In this document: piece after piece, positions 9,746 to 20,595 of the stretch
Layout of the letters: every line of letters begins with the position of its first letter
Position numbering within the stretch: position 1 is the stretch's first letter
DNA from: Deinococcus sp.
GTDB lineage: Bacteria > Deinococcota > Deinococci > Deinococcales > Deinococcaceae
Assembly: GCA_965261005.1 (NCBI GenBank)
Contig: OZ253376.1
Coordinates: 96,001 to 160,000 of the forward strand
Reading direction: 5' to 3'
Length of the DNA stretch: 64,000 bases
Position numbers and translations under genes: made by a program
Notes under the pieces: generated by a model
The model's input: only the letters and a program-made list of their open reading frames with translations
Databases searched by the model: none
What the model was told of the DNA's origin: nothing

Positions 9746-10915
9746 ATGAAGATGATCCAGATTGCCGCCCTCGCCCTCACGCTGTCGTTGGCCGGCGTCG
9801 CCACAGCCCAAGCGCCCGCCGTCCAAGCGCCCACCCCACCCCTTCCGGCCGGCGAGCAGAGCGCCGTCAAGGCGATTGACCGCGCCCTCGCCGGCGTGCT
9901 CTACATCGACGTGACCACGCCGTCCAGCTCGGAAAGCGCGGCGGCCAACCCGCTGTTTCAGGACCCGCAGGGCGGAGGGGACGAGGCCAGCGGCAGCGGC
10001 TTTTTCGTAGATTCGCGCGGCTACGCCCTGACCAACTACCACGTGGTGGACGGGGTCAGCAAGATCACCGTGAACTTGCGCGGCAGCAAGCAGGACTTCA
10101 GCGCCCGGGTGGTGGGCACCGCGCCCGACTACGACCTGGCCCTGATTCAGGTGCAAGGCGTGCCGGCGAACCTGATCCGGCCGCTCAGCCTGGGGGACAG
10201 CGACGCCCTCAAGGTCGGGCAGGCGACCATCGCCCTCGGGTCGCCCTTCGACCTCAAGTTCTCGGCCACGACCGGCATCGTCTCGGCGCTGGAGCGCAGC
10301 ATTCCCACCGGCGTACGCGGCATCTCGCAAAACGCCATTCAAACGGACGCCGCCATCAATCCCGGCAACAGCGGCGGTCCCCTGCTGAACAGCGCGGGGC
10401 AGGTGATCGGCATCAACACCCAGATCCTTTCGCCGGCGGGGGCGGCGACCGGCGTGGGGCAAAGCGCGGGGGTGGGCTTCGCGGTGCCGATCAACGTCGC
10501 CAAAAGCTTGCTGCCGCGCTTGCTGGCCGGCCAGACCGTGACCGGGCCGATTATCGGCGTGGCGCTCGCCCCCTTCGAGCTGAGCGCCCTCACCGACCAA
10601 GCGCGCTCGCAGTACAAGCTCCCCAAGGCCGGCGCGCTGGTCGTGAGCGTGGACCCCAGCGGCCCAGCGGCGGGGGCGGGCGTGAAGGGCGGCGCTAAGC
10701 AGGTGAACTCACCCTTCGGCCCCGTGGCCCTGGGCGGCGACGTGATCACCGCCGTGGACGGTCAGGCGGTAGACACCGCCGGCGATCTGCGGGGCAACCT
10801 GTTCGGCCGCCGGGCGGGCGACCGCATCGTCCTGACCGTTTCGCGCTCGGGCCAGGTCCTCAAGCTGCCCGTCACGCTCGCGGCCGGCTCACCGCCGGCG
10901 CCGGGCGGGCGCTGA
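9746..10915 (+). CDS. HtrA/DegP-like S1C serine protease with PDZ domain
   Basis: Signal peptide, LTNYHVV, QTDAAINPGNSGGPL, C-terminal GDVITAVDG; AGGAG RBS. Confidence 0.95.
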   Translation: MKMIQIAALALTLSLAGVATAQAPAVQAPTPPLPAGEQSAVKAIDRALAGVLYIDVTTPSSSESAAANPLFQDPQGGGDEASGSGFFVDSRGYALTNYHVVDGVSKITVNLRGSKQDFSARVVGTAPDYDLALIQVQGVPANLIRPLSLGDSDALKVGQATIALGSPFDLKFSATTGIVSALERSIPTGVRGISQNAIQTDAAINPGNSGGPLLNSAGQVIGINTQILSPAGAATGVGQSAGVGFAVPINVAKSLLPRLLAGQTVTGPIIGVALAPFELSALTDQARSQYKLPKAGALVVSVDPSGPAAGAGVKGGAKQVNSPFGPVALGGDVITAVDGQAVDTAGDLRGNLFGRRAGDRIVLTVSRSGQVLKLPVTLAAGSPPAPGGR

Positions 10916-11725
10916 CGGGGCGGAGGCGAGCACCTCGCGCAGGGCCTGAGTGAACGGGCCGGGGTCGAACAGAAACGCCAGGTGATGCCCCGGCACGATC
11001 ACCAGGGGGCAGTCCAGGCCCTCCGCCACCTTGCGCGCCGCGCGCACGTAGTAGGCGTCGTCGCTCTTCTTCCCCACCAGCACGACCGCCGGAACCCCCG
11101 CCGCCCGAATCGCGCCTAAGTCCGGCTCAAACAGCGTGATGCCCAGGTACTCCTGGGAAAAGAAGAAGCCGATGTCCCCCGATTGGCCGAGTCCGCCCGC
11201 CTGACCTTGGGCCAACTGACCTTGGGCCAAGTTGAGGCCGGCGATGCGCCCCGCGAAGAGCCGCATCGCCGCCGGGGCGCCCCCCGTTTGGGCCGTTTGA
11301 TAGACCTGTTCGACGAACGCCTGGGTTTCGGCGTCTTCTTGGAGTAAGCGAACGGCGGGCGGTTCGTGAGCCACCAGCAGCGTGACGCGCTCCGGGTGAT
11401 CCGCCGCCAGTTGCAGGGCGATGTTCGCGCCGCCGCTGTTGCCGAAGATCAGCGCCCGCTCGTGGCCGGCAGCCCGCAGCACGGCCACGGCGTCACGGGC
11501 CTGCTGCGCCATGTCGAGCGGGACGTCGCGGTCACCGGAACTGCGCGCGTTGCCGCGCCGGTCATAGGTGATCACCGTGTACCCATCCGACAGCATGGGG
11601 GCCAGCGGTCCGTAGACCCCGGCGTCGCCGCCCGCGCCCGGAATGAGCATCAGCGGTTCGCCGCCGCCCTGAACGTCGAAGACCAGCTGCGCGCCCTCGG
11701 TTTGCACGGAGTCGGTACATTTCAC
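10889..11725 (-). CDS. Alpha/beta hydrolase
   Basis: YDRRGNARS, GNSGGA nucleophile elbow, HEPP; GTG start with AGGAGG. Confidence 0.88.
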   Translation of the reverse strand: MKCTDSVQTEGAQLVFDVQGGGEPLMLIPGAGGDAGVYGPLAPMLSDGYTVITYDRRGNARSSGDRDVPLDMAQQARDAVAVLRAAGHERALIFGNSGGANIALQLAADHPERVTLLVAHEPPAVRLLQEDAETQAFVEQVYQTAQTGGAPAAMRLFAGRIAGLNLAQGQLAQGQAGGLGQSGDIGFFFSQEYLGITLFEPDLGAIRAAGVPAVVLVGKKSDDAYYVRAARKVAEGLDCPLVIVPGHHLAFLFDPGPFTQALREVLASAPSAPARRRR

Positions 11726-11855
11726 GCTTGTTCCTCCTGAAGTGCTTGTTCCTCTGAAGTGAAGGGGGGCTGTATGGGATTTCGCCAGACCCGTAGCTCT
11801 TCCCCACCCGCTCCGCCCGGATGATCCAAAGATCATCTTAGAATCGTAGATAGGC

Positions 11856-12509
11856 TCAGGGCGCCGGCTCAAACGACGGCGGGATCCGAACCTCCGCCCC
11901 CGTCTTCGCCCGGAGTTCTTTCAAGGTGACACCGGGGGCGAGTTCCACGACCTTCAGCCCCCCCGGCGTCACGTCCAGCACGCCGAGGTCGGTGATGATG
12001 CGGTCCACCACCCCCTTGCCGGTCAGCGGCAGGGTGCATTCGGGCAGGATCTTGTGGGCGTCCCCCTTCGCGGTGTGCTCCATCAGCACCACCACCCGCT
12101 GCACCCCCACCACCAAGTCCATCGCCCCGCCCATGCCCTTGACCAGCTTGCCCGGGATCATCCAGTTCGCCAGGTCCCCCCGCTCGCTGACCTGCATCGC
12201 CCCCAGAATGGCGAGGTTCACGTGCCCGCCCCGGATCATGGCGAAGGACTCAGCGCTGGAGAAAAAGCTTGCCCCGGGCAGCGCCGTCACCGTCTGTTTG
12301 CCCGCGTTGATGAGATCGGGATCGACCTCATCCTCGGTGGGAAAGGGGCCGATGCCCAACAAGCCGTTTTCCGATTGTAACCACACGCCCACGCCGTCAG
12401 GGATGTGGTTGGCGACCAGGGTGGGCAAGCCGATGCCCAAGTTCACGTAATAGCCGTCCCGCAATTCCTGCGCGGCGCGGCGGGCCATCTCGTCTCTCGT
12501 CCAGGGCAT
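11856..12509 (-). CDS. scoB: 3-oxoacid CoA-transferase subunit B
   Basis: [14 protein letters not shown] catalytic Glu, GMGGAMDL. Confidence 0.93.
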   Translation of the reverse strand: MPWTRDEMARRAAQELRDGYYVNLGIGLPTLVANHIPDGVGVWLQSENGLLGIGPFPTEDEVDPDLINAGKQTVTALPGASFFSSAESFAMIRGGHVNLAILGAMQVSERGDLANWMIPGKLVKGMGGAMDLVVGVQRVVVLMEHTAKGDAHKILPECTLPLTGKGVVDRIITDLGVLDVTPGGLKVVELAPGVTLKELRAKTGAEVRIPPSFEPAP

Positions 12510-12510
12510 G

Positions 12511-13302
12511 TCAGACCTCCTCTCCTTTCATCCCCGGCTTTTCCGCGCTCCTGGTGGTGCGCTGCTCGATGCGTTTCTCGGGGGCGGCGTTCAGGACCAC
12601 CCGCTGCACGAAGATGCCGGGCGTGTCGATCTGGTCGGGGTCCAGTTGGCCGGTCTCCACGATCTCCTCCACCTCGGCGACGGTGACCCGCCCACAGGTG
12701 GCGACCAGCGGGTTGAAGTTTTGGGCCGTCTTGCGGTAGATCAGGTTCCCCGCTTTGTCCGCTTTCCACGCCTTGACCAAACCCAGGTCGGCGCGAATGC
12801 CGCGCTCCAGAATGTACGTCTCGCCGTCAAAGTCCTTGTGTTCCTTTCCCTCGGCGACCAAGGTGCCCACGCCCGTCTTGGTGTAGAAGCCCGGAATACC
12901 GGCGCCCCCCGCCCGCATCCGCTCGGCGAGGGTGCCTTGCGGCGTGAATTCGAGTTCCAATTCCCCGCCGAGGTACTGGCGCTCGAACTCCTTGTTCTCG
13001 CCGACGTAGGAGCTGATCATCTTGCGAATTTGGCGGCTTTGGAGCAGCAGGCCCAGCCCCCAGCCGTCCACGCCCGCATTGTTGCTCACGGCCGTCAAAC
13101 CTTTGACGCCGCTGTCACGTAGGGCGAGGATGAGTTGCTCGGGAATACCGCACAACCCGAAGCCTCCCACCGCCACCATCTGGCCGTCTCGCACCACATC
13201 GTGTAACGCCTCGGCGGCACTCTGGTACAGCTTGTTCGAGTTGCCCCTGGGGGTTGCGGCATGTTGTGGCGGGGTTGCTGTGTCGGTCATCGCATCAGTC
13301 AT
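12511..13302 (-). CDS. scoA: 3-oxoacid CoA-transferase subunit A
   Basis: [32 protein letters not shown]. Confidence 0.93.
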   Translation of the reverse strand: MTDAMTDTATPPQHAATPRGNSNKLYQSAAEALHDVVRDGQMVAVGGFGLCGIPEQLILALRDSGVKGLTAVSNNAGVDGWGLGLLLQSRQIRKMISSYVGENKEFERQYLGGELELEFTPQGTLAERMRAGGAGIPGFYTKTGVGTLVAEGKEHKDFDGETYILERGIRADLGLVKAWKADKAGNLIYRKTAQNFNPLVATCGRVTVAEVEEIVETGQLDPDQIDTPGIFVQRVVLNAAPEKRIEQRTTRSAEKPGMKGEEV

Positions 13303-13370
13303 TCTGACGTTCCTCCTGAAGGGTCTTGCCGTCCTGTTGTCCGGGCGGACGCCCCGGTGTTGCCCCGCCG

Positions 13371-14072
13371 TTATGTCCCGGCCCCGCCGGACGGCTCCAA
13401 CACGTTCATCACGTGCGCGACGGTCTGTTGCAGGTGGTGCCGAACGGCGCCCGCCGCCCGCGCCCCATCGTTCGCTTGGCAGGCCGCCAGAATCTCGCGG
13501 TGTTCCCGGTCGAGCCGTGGCGCGTCCCTGGGCACGTCGCTGGCGGCATAGAGGTGAACGTAGGCGTTCGAGGCGTTGCGCAAATCCTCGATCATGGTGA
13601 GCAGGCGCGGACGCCCGGCCAAACGGTAGAGGTGTAAGTGAAACGCTTGGTTGCGCCCGACGTAGGCGGCGGCGTCCGTGAGCGTCTCCATTTCGTTCAG
13701 CAGGGCCAGCAAGGGCGGCGCGTCCCCCGGCCGAAACAGCTCGGCCGCCTTCTCGGCGGCCAGCGCCTCCAGGGCCATGCGAATCTCGTAGTGCTGCACG
13801 AGGTCCTGCACGGTCGGCAAAAAGACCATCACGCCCTTGTGGGGTTCAATTCGCAACAGGCCCTCGGCTTGGAGCAGCCCGAACGCCTCACGCACCGGCG
13901 TGGTGCTGACCCCGAAGCGCTCCGCGATTTCGACCTGCCGCAGCCGCGTTCCGGCCGGGAGTCGCCCCGCCGCGATCTCACGCCGCAACGAGGCCGCGAC
14001 CTGCTCGGCCACCGTGAGCTTGGTGAGAAGGCTGCCCGTTCTGCTGCTCGTCATGGCGATGTCCTGACCCAT
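13371..14072 (-). CDS. GntR/FadR-family (FCD) transcriptional regulator
   Basis: [22 protein letters not shown] and EH..I FCD motifs. Confidence 0.92.
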   Translation of the reverse strand: MGQDIAMTSSRTGSLLTKLTVAEQVAASLRREIAAGRLPAGTRLRQVEIAERFGVSTTPVREAFGLLQAEGLLRIEPHKGVMVFLPTVQDLVQHYEIRMALEALAAEKAAELFRPGDAPPLLALLNEMETLTDAAAYVGRNQAFHLHLYRLAGRPRLLTMIEDLRNASNAYVHLYAASDVPRDAPRLDREHREILAACQANDGARAAGAVRHHLQQTVAHVMNVLEPSGGAGT

Positions 14073-14087
14073 CCTACCCGCTTCCCC

Positions 14088-14135
14088 TTGACAGCGTCAC
14101 GATGCATTATGCACAATGCACAAAACAAGCACAAT
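14088..14135 (+). promoter_or_regulatory. Promoter/operator of the catabolic operon
   Basis: TTGACA (14088-93), 18 bp, CACAAT; overlapped by the TGCATTATGCA palindrome (14103-13) and repeated TGCA-N3 units. Confidence 0.6.
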
Positions 14136-14250
14136 CAGACCTCGATGGGCGGGCGGGGCCAACCGTTTTCCGCTTCCCAAACGCCAGAGTTCACTGGGAA
14201 CTTCAGTCAGGTGACAAGGTGCCCCGGCCGGAAAGAAGGGAGCGTTCCAC

Positions 14251-15210
14251 ATGATGCTGGTGAGTTATCGCAAACGCGGTTCGGAGGGCGCCTGGCGCGC
14301 CGGGGTGGCCCAGGATGACGGGGTCGTGGACGTGACATCTCTACAAAACACGGCCCTACACAACACGGCGGGAACGGACGGCACTTCCGTCCGCGCTTTG
14401 CTGGAGCAGGGTCCGGCCGCCCTGGAAGAGGTGCTGGCCGGGGCGGGGCGCCGGTTTCAGGGTGACAGCTTCCAGGCTGGCGGCGAGGTCATGGCGCTCG
14501 GCACGCTCGAACTCGGCCCGCCCGTGCCCGACCCCGACAAGATCATCTGCCTGGGCGTGAACTACCGGGAGCACGCGGCCGAGGCGCAGCAGACGTTGCC
14601 GGTGGTCCCCATGTTCTTCGCCAAGTTCCGCAACAGTTTGACCGGGCCGGCCAGTCCGGTGCTGCTGCCGCGCGTGAGCGATCAGATCGACTACGAGGGC
14701 GAACTGTGCGCCGTCATCGGCGGGCGCTGCAAGGAGGTGTCCGAGGTGGAGGCCCTGGATTATGTGGCGGGCTACACCATTATGAACGACATCAGCGCCC
14801 GCGACGTGCAGCTTCAGACCAGCCAGTGGATGGCGGGCAAGGCCCTGGACACCTTCGCGCCGATGGGGCCGGGAATCGTGCCCGCCAAGCTCATTCCCGA
14901 TCCCCAGGCCCTGACGCTCACCACCCGCGTCAACGGACAGGTGGTGCAGCGCGACAGCACCGGCAACATGATCTTTTCGGTGGCGCGGGCGATCGCCTTT
15001 CTCAGCACCCTGATGACCTTGGAGCCGGGCGACATCATCGCCACCGGCACGCCCTCCGGCGTCGGCTTCAAGCGCAGTCCGCAGATTCTGCTCAGGGACG
15101 GCGACGTGACGGAGGTCGAGATCGAGGGCATCGGGACGATTCGCAATCCCGTGGTGGATCCCCGCAAGGGCGCGGAAGCGAACCGGCCCGCCGCCGAAAC
15201 GGCGCGCTAA
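14251..15210 (+). CDS. Fumarylacetoacetate hydrolase family protein
   Basis: KIICLGVNY, DYEGEL, NDISARD, GKALDTF, PGDIIATGTPSGVG. Confidence 0.95.
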   Translation: MMLVSYRKRGSEGAWRAGVAQDDGVVDVTSLQNTALHNTAGTDGTSVRALLEQGPAALEEVLAGAGRRFQGDSFQAGGEVMALGTLELGPPVPDPDKIICLGVNYREHAAEAQQTLPVVPMFFAKFRNSLTGPASPVLLPRVSDQIDYEGELCAVIGGRCKEVSEVEALDYVAGYTIMNDISARDVQLQTSQWMAGKALDTFAPMGPGIVPAKLIPDPQALTLTTRVNGQVVQRDSTGNMIFSVARAIAFLSTLMTLEPGDIIATGTPSGVGFKRSPQILLRDGDVTEVEIEGIGTIRNPVVDPRKGAEANRPAAETAR

Positions 15211-15258
15211 GCGGAACTCCAGGCCCCTTTCCCCCGGCTACAGCCTTCAGGAGAACCC

Positions 15259-15858
15259 ATGTCACAGCCCGCAGAAAACATTCCCGTTCACCGGCCCGCC
15301 TTTCACCACATCAACCTCAAAACGTTGCGCCTTCAGGAGATGATCGATTGGTACGGCCTGGTGATCGGCGCGAAGCCCAACCACCAGTATCCCGGCGGGG
15401 CCTGGCTGACCAACGACGAGGCCAACCACCGCATCGCGCTGCTGACCTCGCCCAAGCTGAAGGAAGACCCCGACAAGCTCTACCACACCGGGATTCACCA
15501 CACCGCCTTCGAGTACCACGGCATGGGCGAGTTGCTCGACACCTACACGCGGCTGAAGGGACAGGGCGTTTTGCCGCACGCCTGCCTCGACCACGGCATG
15601 ACCACCTCGTTCTACTACGAGGACCCCGACGGCAACAGCGTCGAGTTGCAGTCCGACAACTTCGGAAATTGGGAGGAGTCCGCCGAGTTCATGCGCTCCT
15701 CGACCCAGTTCGCCGCCGATCCCATTGGGACGCCGGTTGACCCGGCTCAATTGGTGGCGGCCCGCGAGGCGGGGGCCAGCTACGCCGAGATTCACGAGCG
15801 GGCCTACGCGAGCGAGTTCAAGCCGAACGGGCCGCACGATTTGCACGTGCCGTTCTGA
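15259..15858 (+). CDS. VOC family protein (single-domain extradiol dioxygenase-like)
   Basis: HHINL, HHTAF, DHG, YYEDPDGNSVEL. Confidence 0.88.
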   Translation: MSQPAENIPVHRPAFHHINLKTLRLQEMIDWYGLVIGAKPNHQYPGGAWLTNDEANHRIALLTSPKLKEDPDKLYHTGIHHTAFEYHGMGELLDTYTRLKGQGVLPHACLDHGMTTSFYYEDPDGNSVELQSDNFGNWEESAEFMRSSTQFAADPIGTPVDPAQLVAAREAGASYAEIHERAYASEFKPNGPHDLHVPF

Positions 15859-15914
15859 ACGAAGCCACCACCAAAAGGCGGGCGACGATGCGAGGCGAAC
15901 CTTCTGAGGCTGAC

Positions 15915-17516
15915 ATGACGCGGGCCTTGCCCAAAGGCGCGCGGGTGCTGATCGTCGGCGGTGGCCCGGTGGGCCTGAGCGCCGCCGTGGAACTCGGCCA
16001 ACGCGGCGTTCGCTGCGTGGTGATTGAACCGAGGCGGGACGTCTCGCACGCCCGGCCCCGCGCCAAGACCACCAACGTCCGCAGCATGGAGCATTTCCGC
16101 CGCTGGGGCTTGGCGGGGCGCATTCGCGAGGTGGCCCCGCTGAAGGTGGGCTGGTCGCAGGACGTGGTCTTCTGCACGACGCTGCTGGGTCCCGAGGTGA
16201 CGCGCTTTGCTGGCAGTTTCGGCCTCTGGACAGGGCGGCGCGACATTTCGCCGGAGTCCGGGCAGCAGATCGCCCAGCCTTTGATCGAAGAAGTGCTGCG
16301 GGAAGCGGTCGCCGGGTTGGAGACGGTGGAGTTGGCCCTCGGTTGGACGCTGCAAAGTTTGGAGCAGGACGAAAGCGGCGTGCGGGCCACCCTGGTCAAC
16401 GAAGCGGGCGAACGGCGGCAGCGTGAGGCGGCCTACGTGATCGGCTGCGACGGGGCCAGAAGCGTGGTTCGCGGGGCGATGGGCGCACGCTACGAGGGAA
16501 CGTCGGATGCCCGTTCCAACCTCGGCGTCGTCTTCCGGGCGCCCGGACTGGCGGAGCGGCAGCCGCACGGCCCCGCCGTTCAGTACTGGGTGCTGAATCC
16601 AGCTGCTCCCGGGTTGCTGGGCCGCATGGACCTCGGCGACCGCTGGTGGGCCATCGCCAACGGCGCGCCCGCCGACGCCGACCCGCACGCCCTGATTAGC
16701 GGCCTCATCGGAACCGAGGTGGACGCCGAGATTCTGGGCACCGACCCCTGGACGGCCCGCATGTTGCTGGCCGACAAGTACCGTGAGGGGCGCCTGTTCC
16801 TGGCGGGCGACGCGGCGCACCTGAACCCGCCGTGGGGCGGCCACGGCTTCAACACCGGCATCGGCGACGCCGTGAACCTCGGCTGGAAGCTGGCGGCGGT
16901 CTTGCAGGGCTGGGGGGGCGAGGCGCTGCTGGACAGCTACGAGGCCGAGCGGCGGCCCGTCGGCGAACGGATCATCCAGGAAGCGACCAAAAACATGAGC
17001 GTGCTGGCCCCCGAACTCGGCAACCCGCAGATGACGGCCCCCGGTGAGGTAAGCGCAGAGGCCCGCCGCGCCGCCGCCGGGACCATCCAGATTGCCAAGG
17101 ACGGCGAGTTCCACAGCCTGGGCCTGGTGCTGGGCTATCGGTATGGGGCGTCGCCGGTGGTGGTGGACGACGGTTCGCCCCTGGCACCGGAAACGCAGGA
17201 CTACCTGCCCACGGCCCGGCCGGGCGCGCGGCTGCCGCACGCGTGGCTGCCGGACGGGGATTCGCTGTACGACCGGCTCGGCCCCGGCCTGACGTTGCTG
17301 CGGCTGCAAGATGGGGCCGACGTCTCTTCCTTTTTAAGCGCTGCGGCGGAGCGCGGCGTGCCGCTCAAGCTGGTCGAGCTGAGCGGTCAGGTTCCCGGGG
17401 ACGTCTACGGCGCCCCGCTGCTGCTGGCGCGCCCGGATCAGCACGTCGCTTGGCGCGGGACGGCGCCGGACCGCGCGGCGGCGGGGGCCATTCTCGATCA
17501 GGTGCGCGGCGCTTGA
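15915..17516 (+). CDS. FAD-dependent aromatic monooxygenase (PheA/TfdB-like)
   Basis: GGGPVG, GCDGARS, LAGDAAH..PP.GG.G.NTGIGDA.NLGWKL, RPDQHVAWR. Confidence 0.93.
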   Translation: MTRALPKGARVLIVGGGPVGLSAAVELGQRGVRCVVIEPRRDVSHARPRAKTTNVRSMEHFRRWGLAGRIREVAPLKVGWSQDVVFCTTLLGPEVTRFAGSFGLWTGRRDISPESGQQIAQPLIEEVLREAVAGLETVELALGWTLQSLEQDESGVRATLVNEAGERRQREAAYVIGCDGARSVVRGAMGARYEGTSDARSNLGVVFRAPGLAERQPHGPAVQYWVLNPAAPGLLGRMDLGDRWWAIANGAPADADPHALISGLIGTEVDAEILGTDPWTARMLLADKYREGRLFLAGDAAHLNPPWGGHGFNTGIGDAVNLGWKLAAVLQGWGGEALLDSYEAERRPVGERIIQEATKNMSVLAPELGNPQMTAPGEVSAEARRAAAGTIQIAKDGEFHSLGLVLGYRYGASPVVVDDGSPLAPETQDYLPTARPGARLPHAWLPDGDSLYDRLGPGLTLLRLQDGADVSSFLSAAAERGVPLKLVELSGQVPGDVYGAPLLLARPDQHVAWRGTAPDRAAAGAILDQVRGA

Positions 17517-17574
17517 ACACCGGCATGCCGCTTCTCGCTTTTTCTTACATCACAAACAGCCCCGGGAGGCCCTT

Positions 17575-18754
17575 ATGAAAAAGAACGGACAGATCACCTT
17601 GACTGCCCTCACCGTCGCGCTCGGCCTGAGCGCTCTCACCGCCGCGGGGGCGCAGGGCGGCGGCGCCGTCAAGATCGGCCTGATCATGCCCACCTCCGGC
17701 GTCTACGCCCAGCTCGGCGAGGAGGGCGCCAAGGGCTTCGATCTGTACATGAACACGGTCGGCGGCAAGGTCGCCGGCAAGACCTTGCAGGTGATTCGCG
17801 AAGACGAGGAGGCCGATCCCGCCGTGGCCGTGCGCAAGGCCAACAAGCTGCTCAACGGCGACAAGGTGGACATTCTGGCTGGGGTTGTGCTGGCGCCCAG
17901 CGCCTACGCCCTGTCCCCCATCGCGGCGGCGGCCAAGACCCCGCTGATCGTGTTCAACGCCGCCGGCAACGCCCTGACGCGCGACAAAAAGAGTCCCTAC
18001 GTCTTTCGCACCTCCGGCAGCTCGTGGCAGTACAACAACCCCTTTGGCACCTACGTCGCCAACAAAGTCAGCAAGAACGTATTTCTAATCGGGGCCGACT
18101 ACGGCTTCGGGCGGGAGTTCATCGCGGACTTCAAGTCCGCCTTCACCGCCGCCGGGGGCAAGGTCGCCGGGGAAGTCTACACGCCGCTCGGCAACAGCGA
18201 CTTCAGCCCCTACCTGGCGCGCATCGCCGCCGCCAAACCGGGCGCGGTCTACGCCGTGCTCGCCGGCCGGCGACGCCGTGCTGTTCCTCAAGCAGTTCGC
18301 GCAGTTCGGCCTCAACAAGAGCGTCAAGCTGGCCGTGTTCGGAGACATGGTGGACGAGAAGTTCATCAACGCGGTGGGCGACAGCACCATTGGCGCGATC
18401 AGCGCCCTGTCCTGGGCGCAGGACGTGCCCGGCGCGCAGAACAAGCTGTTCGTGGACAGCTACCAAGCGAAGTACAACGTGCTGCCCGGCGTGTACGCCG
18501 AGCGCGGCTGGGACCTGGCCCGCACCATCGTGGAGGCCCTCAAGAAGACCAAGGGGAACGTTGCCGACACCCAGGCGCTGCTCGCGGCCATTCGCGGCGT
18601 CAACTTCCCGTCGCCGCGCGGCCCCTTCCGCTTCGATCCGGTCACGCAGAACGTCATCAACCCGATGTACGTCCGCGAGGTCGTCAAGGGACCGGACGGC
18701 CTCTACAACAAAACCGTGGTCAAGCTGGGCAACTTCCAGGACCCCGGCAAGTGA
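17575..18754 (+). pseudogene. Liv-type ABC substrate-binding protein split by a +1 frameshift near 18268
   Basis: The N-terminal half (17575-) and C-terminal half (to 18754) join as VLAGGDAVLFLKQ if one C in CTCGCCGGCCGGCGAC is removed. Confidence 0.85.
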
Positions 18755-18796
18755 CGCGGGCGGGCGAAGTCCTGCCCGCTTTGCCTGAGGAGTGAT

Positions 18797-19663
18797 ATGC
18801 AGCTCGCCCTGTTTCAACTCGTGAACAGCCTCTCCTTCGGCATGCTGCTGTTCTTGCTCTCCGCCGGGTTCTCGCTGATCTTCGGCGTGGCCAAGGTGGC
18901 GAATCTCGCGCACGGCGCCTTTTACGTGCTGAGCGCCTACATCGGCTACAGCGTGGCCCAACTGAGCGGCAACTTCTGGCTGGGCGTGCTGCTCGCCACG
19001 CTCGCCGGGGCGGTGCTGGGCGTGCTGCTGGACCGGCTGCTGCTTTCACGGCTGCACGGCCACGAGCTGCGCCAAGTGCTGCTGACGTTGGGCCTCGCCT
19101 TTGTGATCTCCGACGTCATCCGCACCGTCTGGGGCACCGGCGTGAAGAGCGTGTCGCCGCCCGCGCCCTTTGACGGCCCCATCACCATCGGCGGGCTGTT
19201 CTTTCCGAGCTATCCCTTCGTGGTAATCGCGCTGGGCGTGATCGTCTTTTTGGCGATGCGCTGGATTCTGCGCGGCACCTTGGCCGGCGCAAAAATTCGG
19301 GCGGTCACGGCCGACCCGCAGATGAGCGGCACCCTGGGCCTGTCGGTGCCGCGCGTCTCCATGCTGACCTTCGCGGCGGGCATCGGCCTGGCCGGCTTCG
19401 GGGGCGCGGTGGGCAGCCCGCAACTGGCCCTGACGCCCCAACTGGACAGCAGCCTGACGCTGTTCGCGCTGATCGTGGTGGTGATCGGGGGGCTGGGCAG
19501 CATCGAGGGCGCCTTTTTGGCGGCGATTCTGGTCGGCTTGGTCAACGGCTTCGGGGCGGTGTACTTTCCGGCACTGGCGCAGATCGCGGTGTTCGGGCTG
19601 ATGATCCTGGTGATTGCGGTGCGTCCCCAGGGCTTGCTGGGCCGCCGCTTGGGGAACGCGTGA
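18797..19663 (+). CDS. Branched-chain-type ABC permease (LivH-like)
   Basis: G.SLIFG..NLAHGAF, VVIGGLGSI.GA. Confidence 0.93.
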   Translation: MQLALFQLVNSLSFGMLLFLLSAGFSLIFGVAKVANLAHGAFYVLSAYIGYSVAQLSGNFWLGVLLATLAGAVLGVLLDRLLLSRLHGHELRQVLLTLGLAFVISDVIRTVWGTGVKSVSPPAPFDGPITIGGLFFPSYPFVVIALGVIVFLAMRWILRGTLAGAKIRAVTADPQMSGTLGLSVPRVSMLTFAAGIGLAGFGGAVGSPQLALTPQLDSSLTLFALIVVVIGGLGSIEGAFLAAILVGLVNGFGAVYFPALAQIAVFGLMILVIAVRPQGLLGRRLGNA

Positions 19664-20595
19664 CCACGGGAACCGAGACCAAGGCGGGGTCTGCGCCGAG
19701 GCCGCTGCTGCCCCGCGCCGCGCTGATCGTGGGGGTGGCCGCCCTGCTGGTCATTCCCCTGCTGCTGGGCGGCTATCCCCTCTACCTCGCCACCGAGGCG
19801 CTGTGCTGGGCCATCGCCGCCGCCGCCCTCGACCTGTTGATCGGCTACCTGGGCCTGACGCCACTGGGCCACATCGCCATGTGGGGGCTGGGCGGCTATA
19901 CGGCGGCGCTGCTGACCCGCGCGGGCGTGCCGCTGGCGCTGGTGCTGCCGGCGGCGGCGCTGCTCGCCACGGTCTACTCGGTGCTGACCGCGCCGCTGGC
20001 GCTGCGGGCGGGGGGCATCTTTTTCCTGATGATCACGCTCGCCTTCGCCCAGATGCTTCAGGTGGGCATCGAGAAGTGGGGCGCCCTGACGGGGGGCGCG
20101 GACGGGCTGACCTTCAAGTCCGGCCTGAGCAACCCGGCGCTGTACCTGATCACGCTCGGGGCGCTCACGCTCACGCTGCTGTTCCTGACGCGGCTGGTCA
20201 AATCGCCCTTCGGCCGGGTGCTGGAGGCGATCCGGCAAAACGAGGGGCGCGCCCGCGCGCTGGGCTACCCGGTGTTCGCCTACAAGTACGGCGCGGTGCT
20301 GATCAGTTCGGCCCTGATCGGCTTGGCCGGGGCGCTGGGGGCCTACCACCGGGGCATCGTCGCGCCGAGCGACTTGTTCTGGCTTCAAAGCGCCATTTTG
20401 CTGATCATGGTGCTGTTGGGCGGCGCCCGCTCGCTGTGGGGGCCGGTGATCGGCGCGGTGCTGTACACCGTCTTTCAGGCCCTGGTCAGCTCGCAGACCA
20501 ATTTGTGGATCGGCTTGGTCGGCTTGCTGCTGATCGCGCTGGTGCTGAGCGGCCGGGGCGGTCTGTGGACGCTGCTTCGGCGGGGACGGGCGTGA
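19660..20595 (+). CDS. Branched-chain-type ABC permease (LivM-like)
   Basis: SPFGRVLEAIRQNE.RA.ALG, LLGG. Confidence 0.93.
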   Translation: MTTGTETKAGSAPRPLLPRAALIVGVAALLVIPLLLGGYPLYLATEALCWAIAAAALDLLIGYLGLTPLGHIAMWGLGGYTAALLTRAGVPLALVLPAAALLATVYSVLTAPLALRAGGIFFLMITLAFAQMLQVGIEKWGALTGGADGLTFKSGLSNPALYLITLGALTLTLLFLTRLVKSPFGRVLEAIRQNEGRARALGYPVFAYKYGAVLISSALIGLAGALGAYHRGIVAPSDLFWLQSAILLIMVLLGGARSLWGPVIGAVLYTVFQALVSSQTNLWIGLVGLLLIALVLSGRGGLWTLLRRGRA

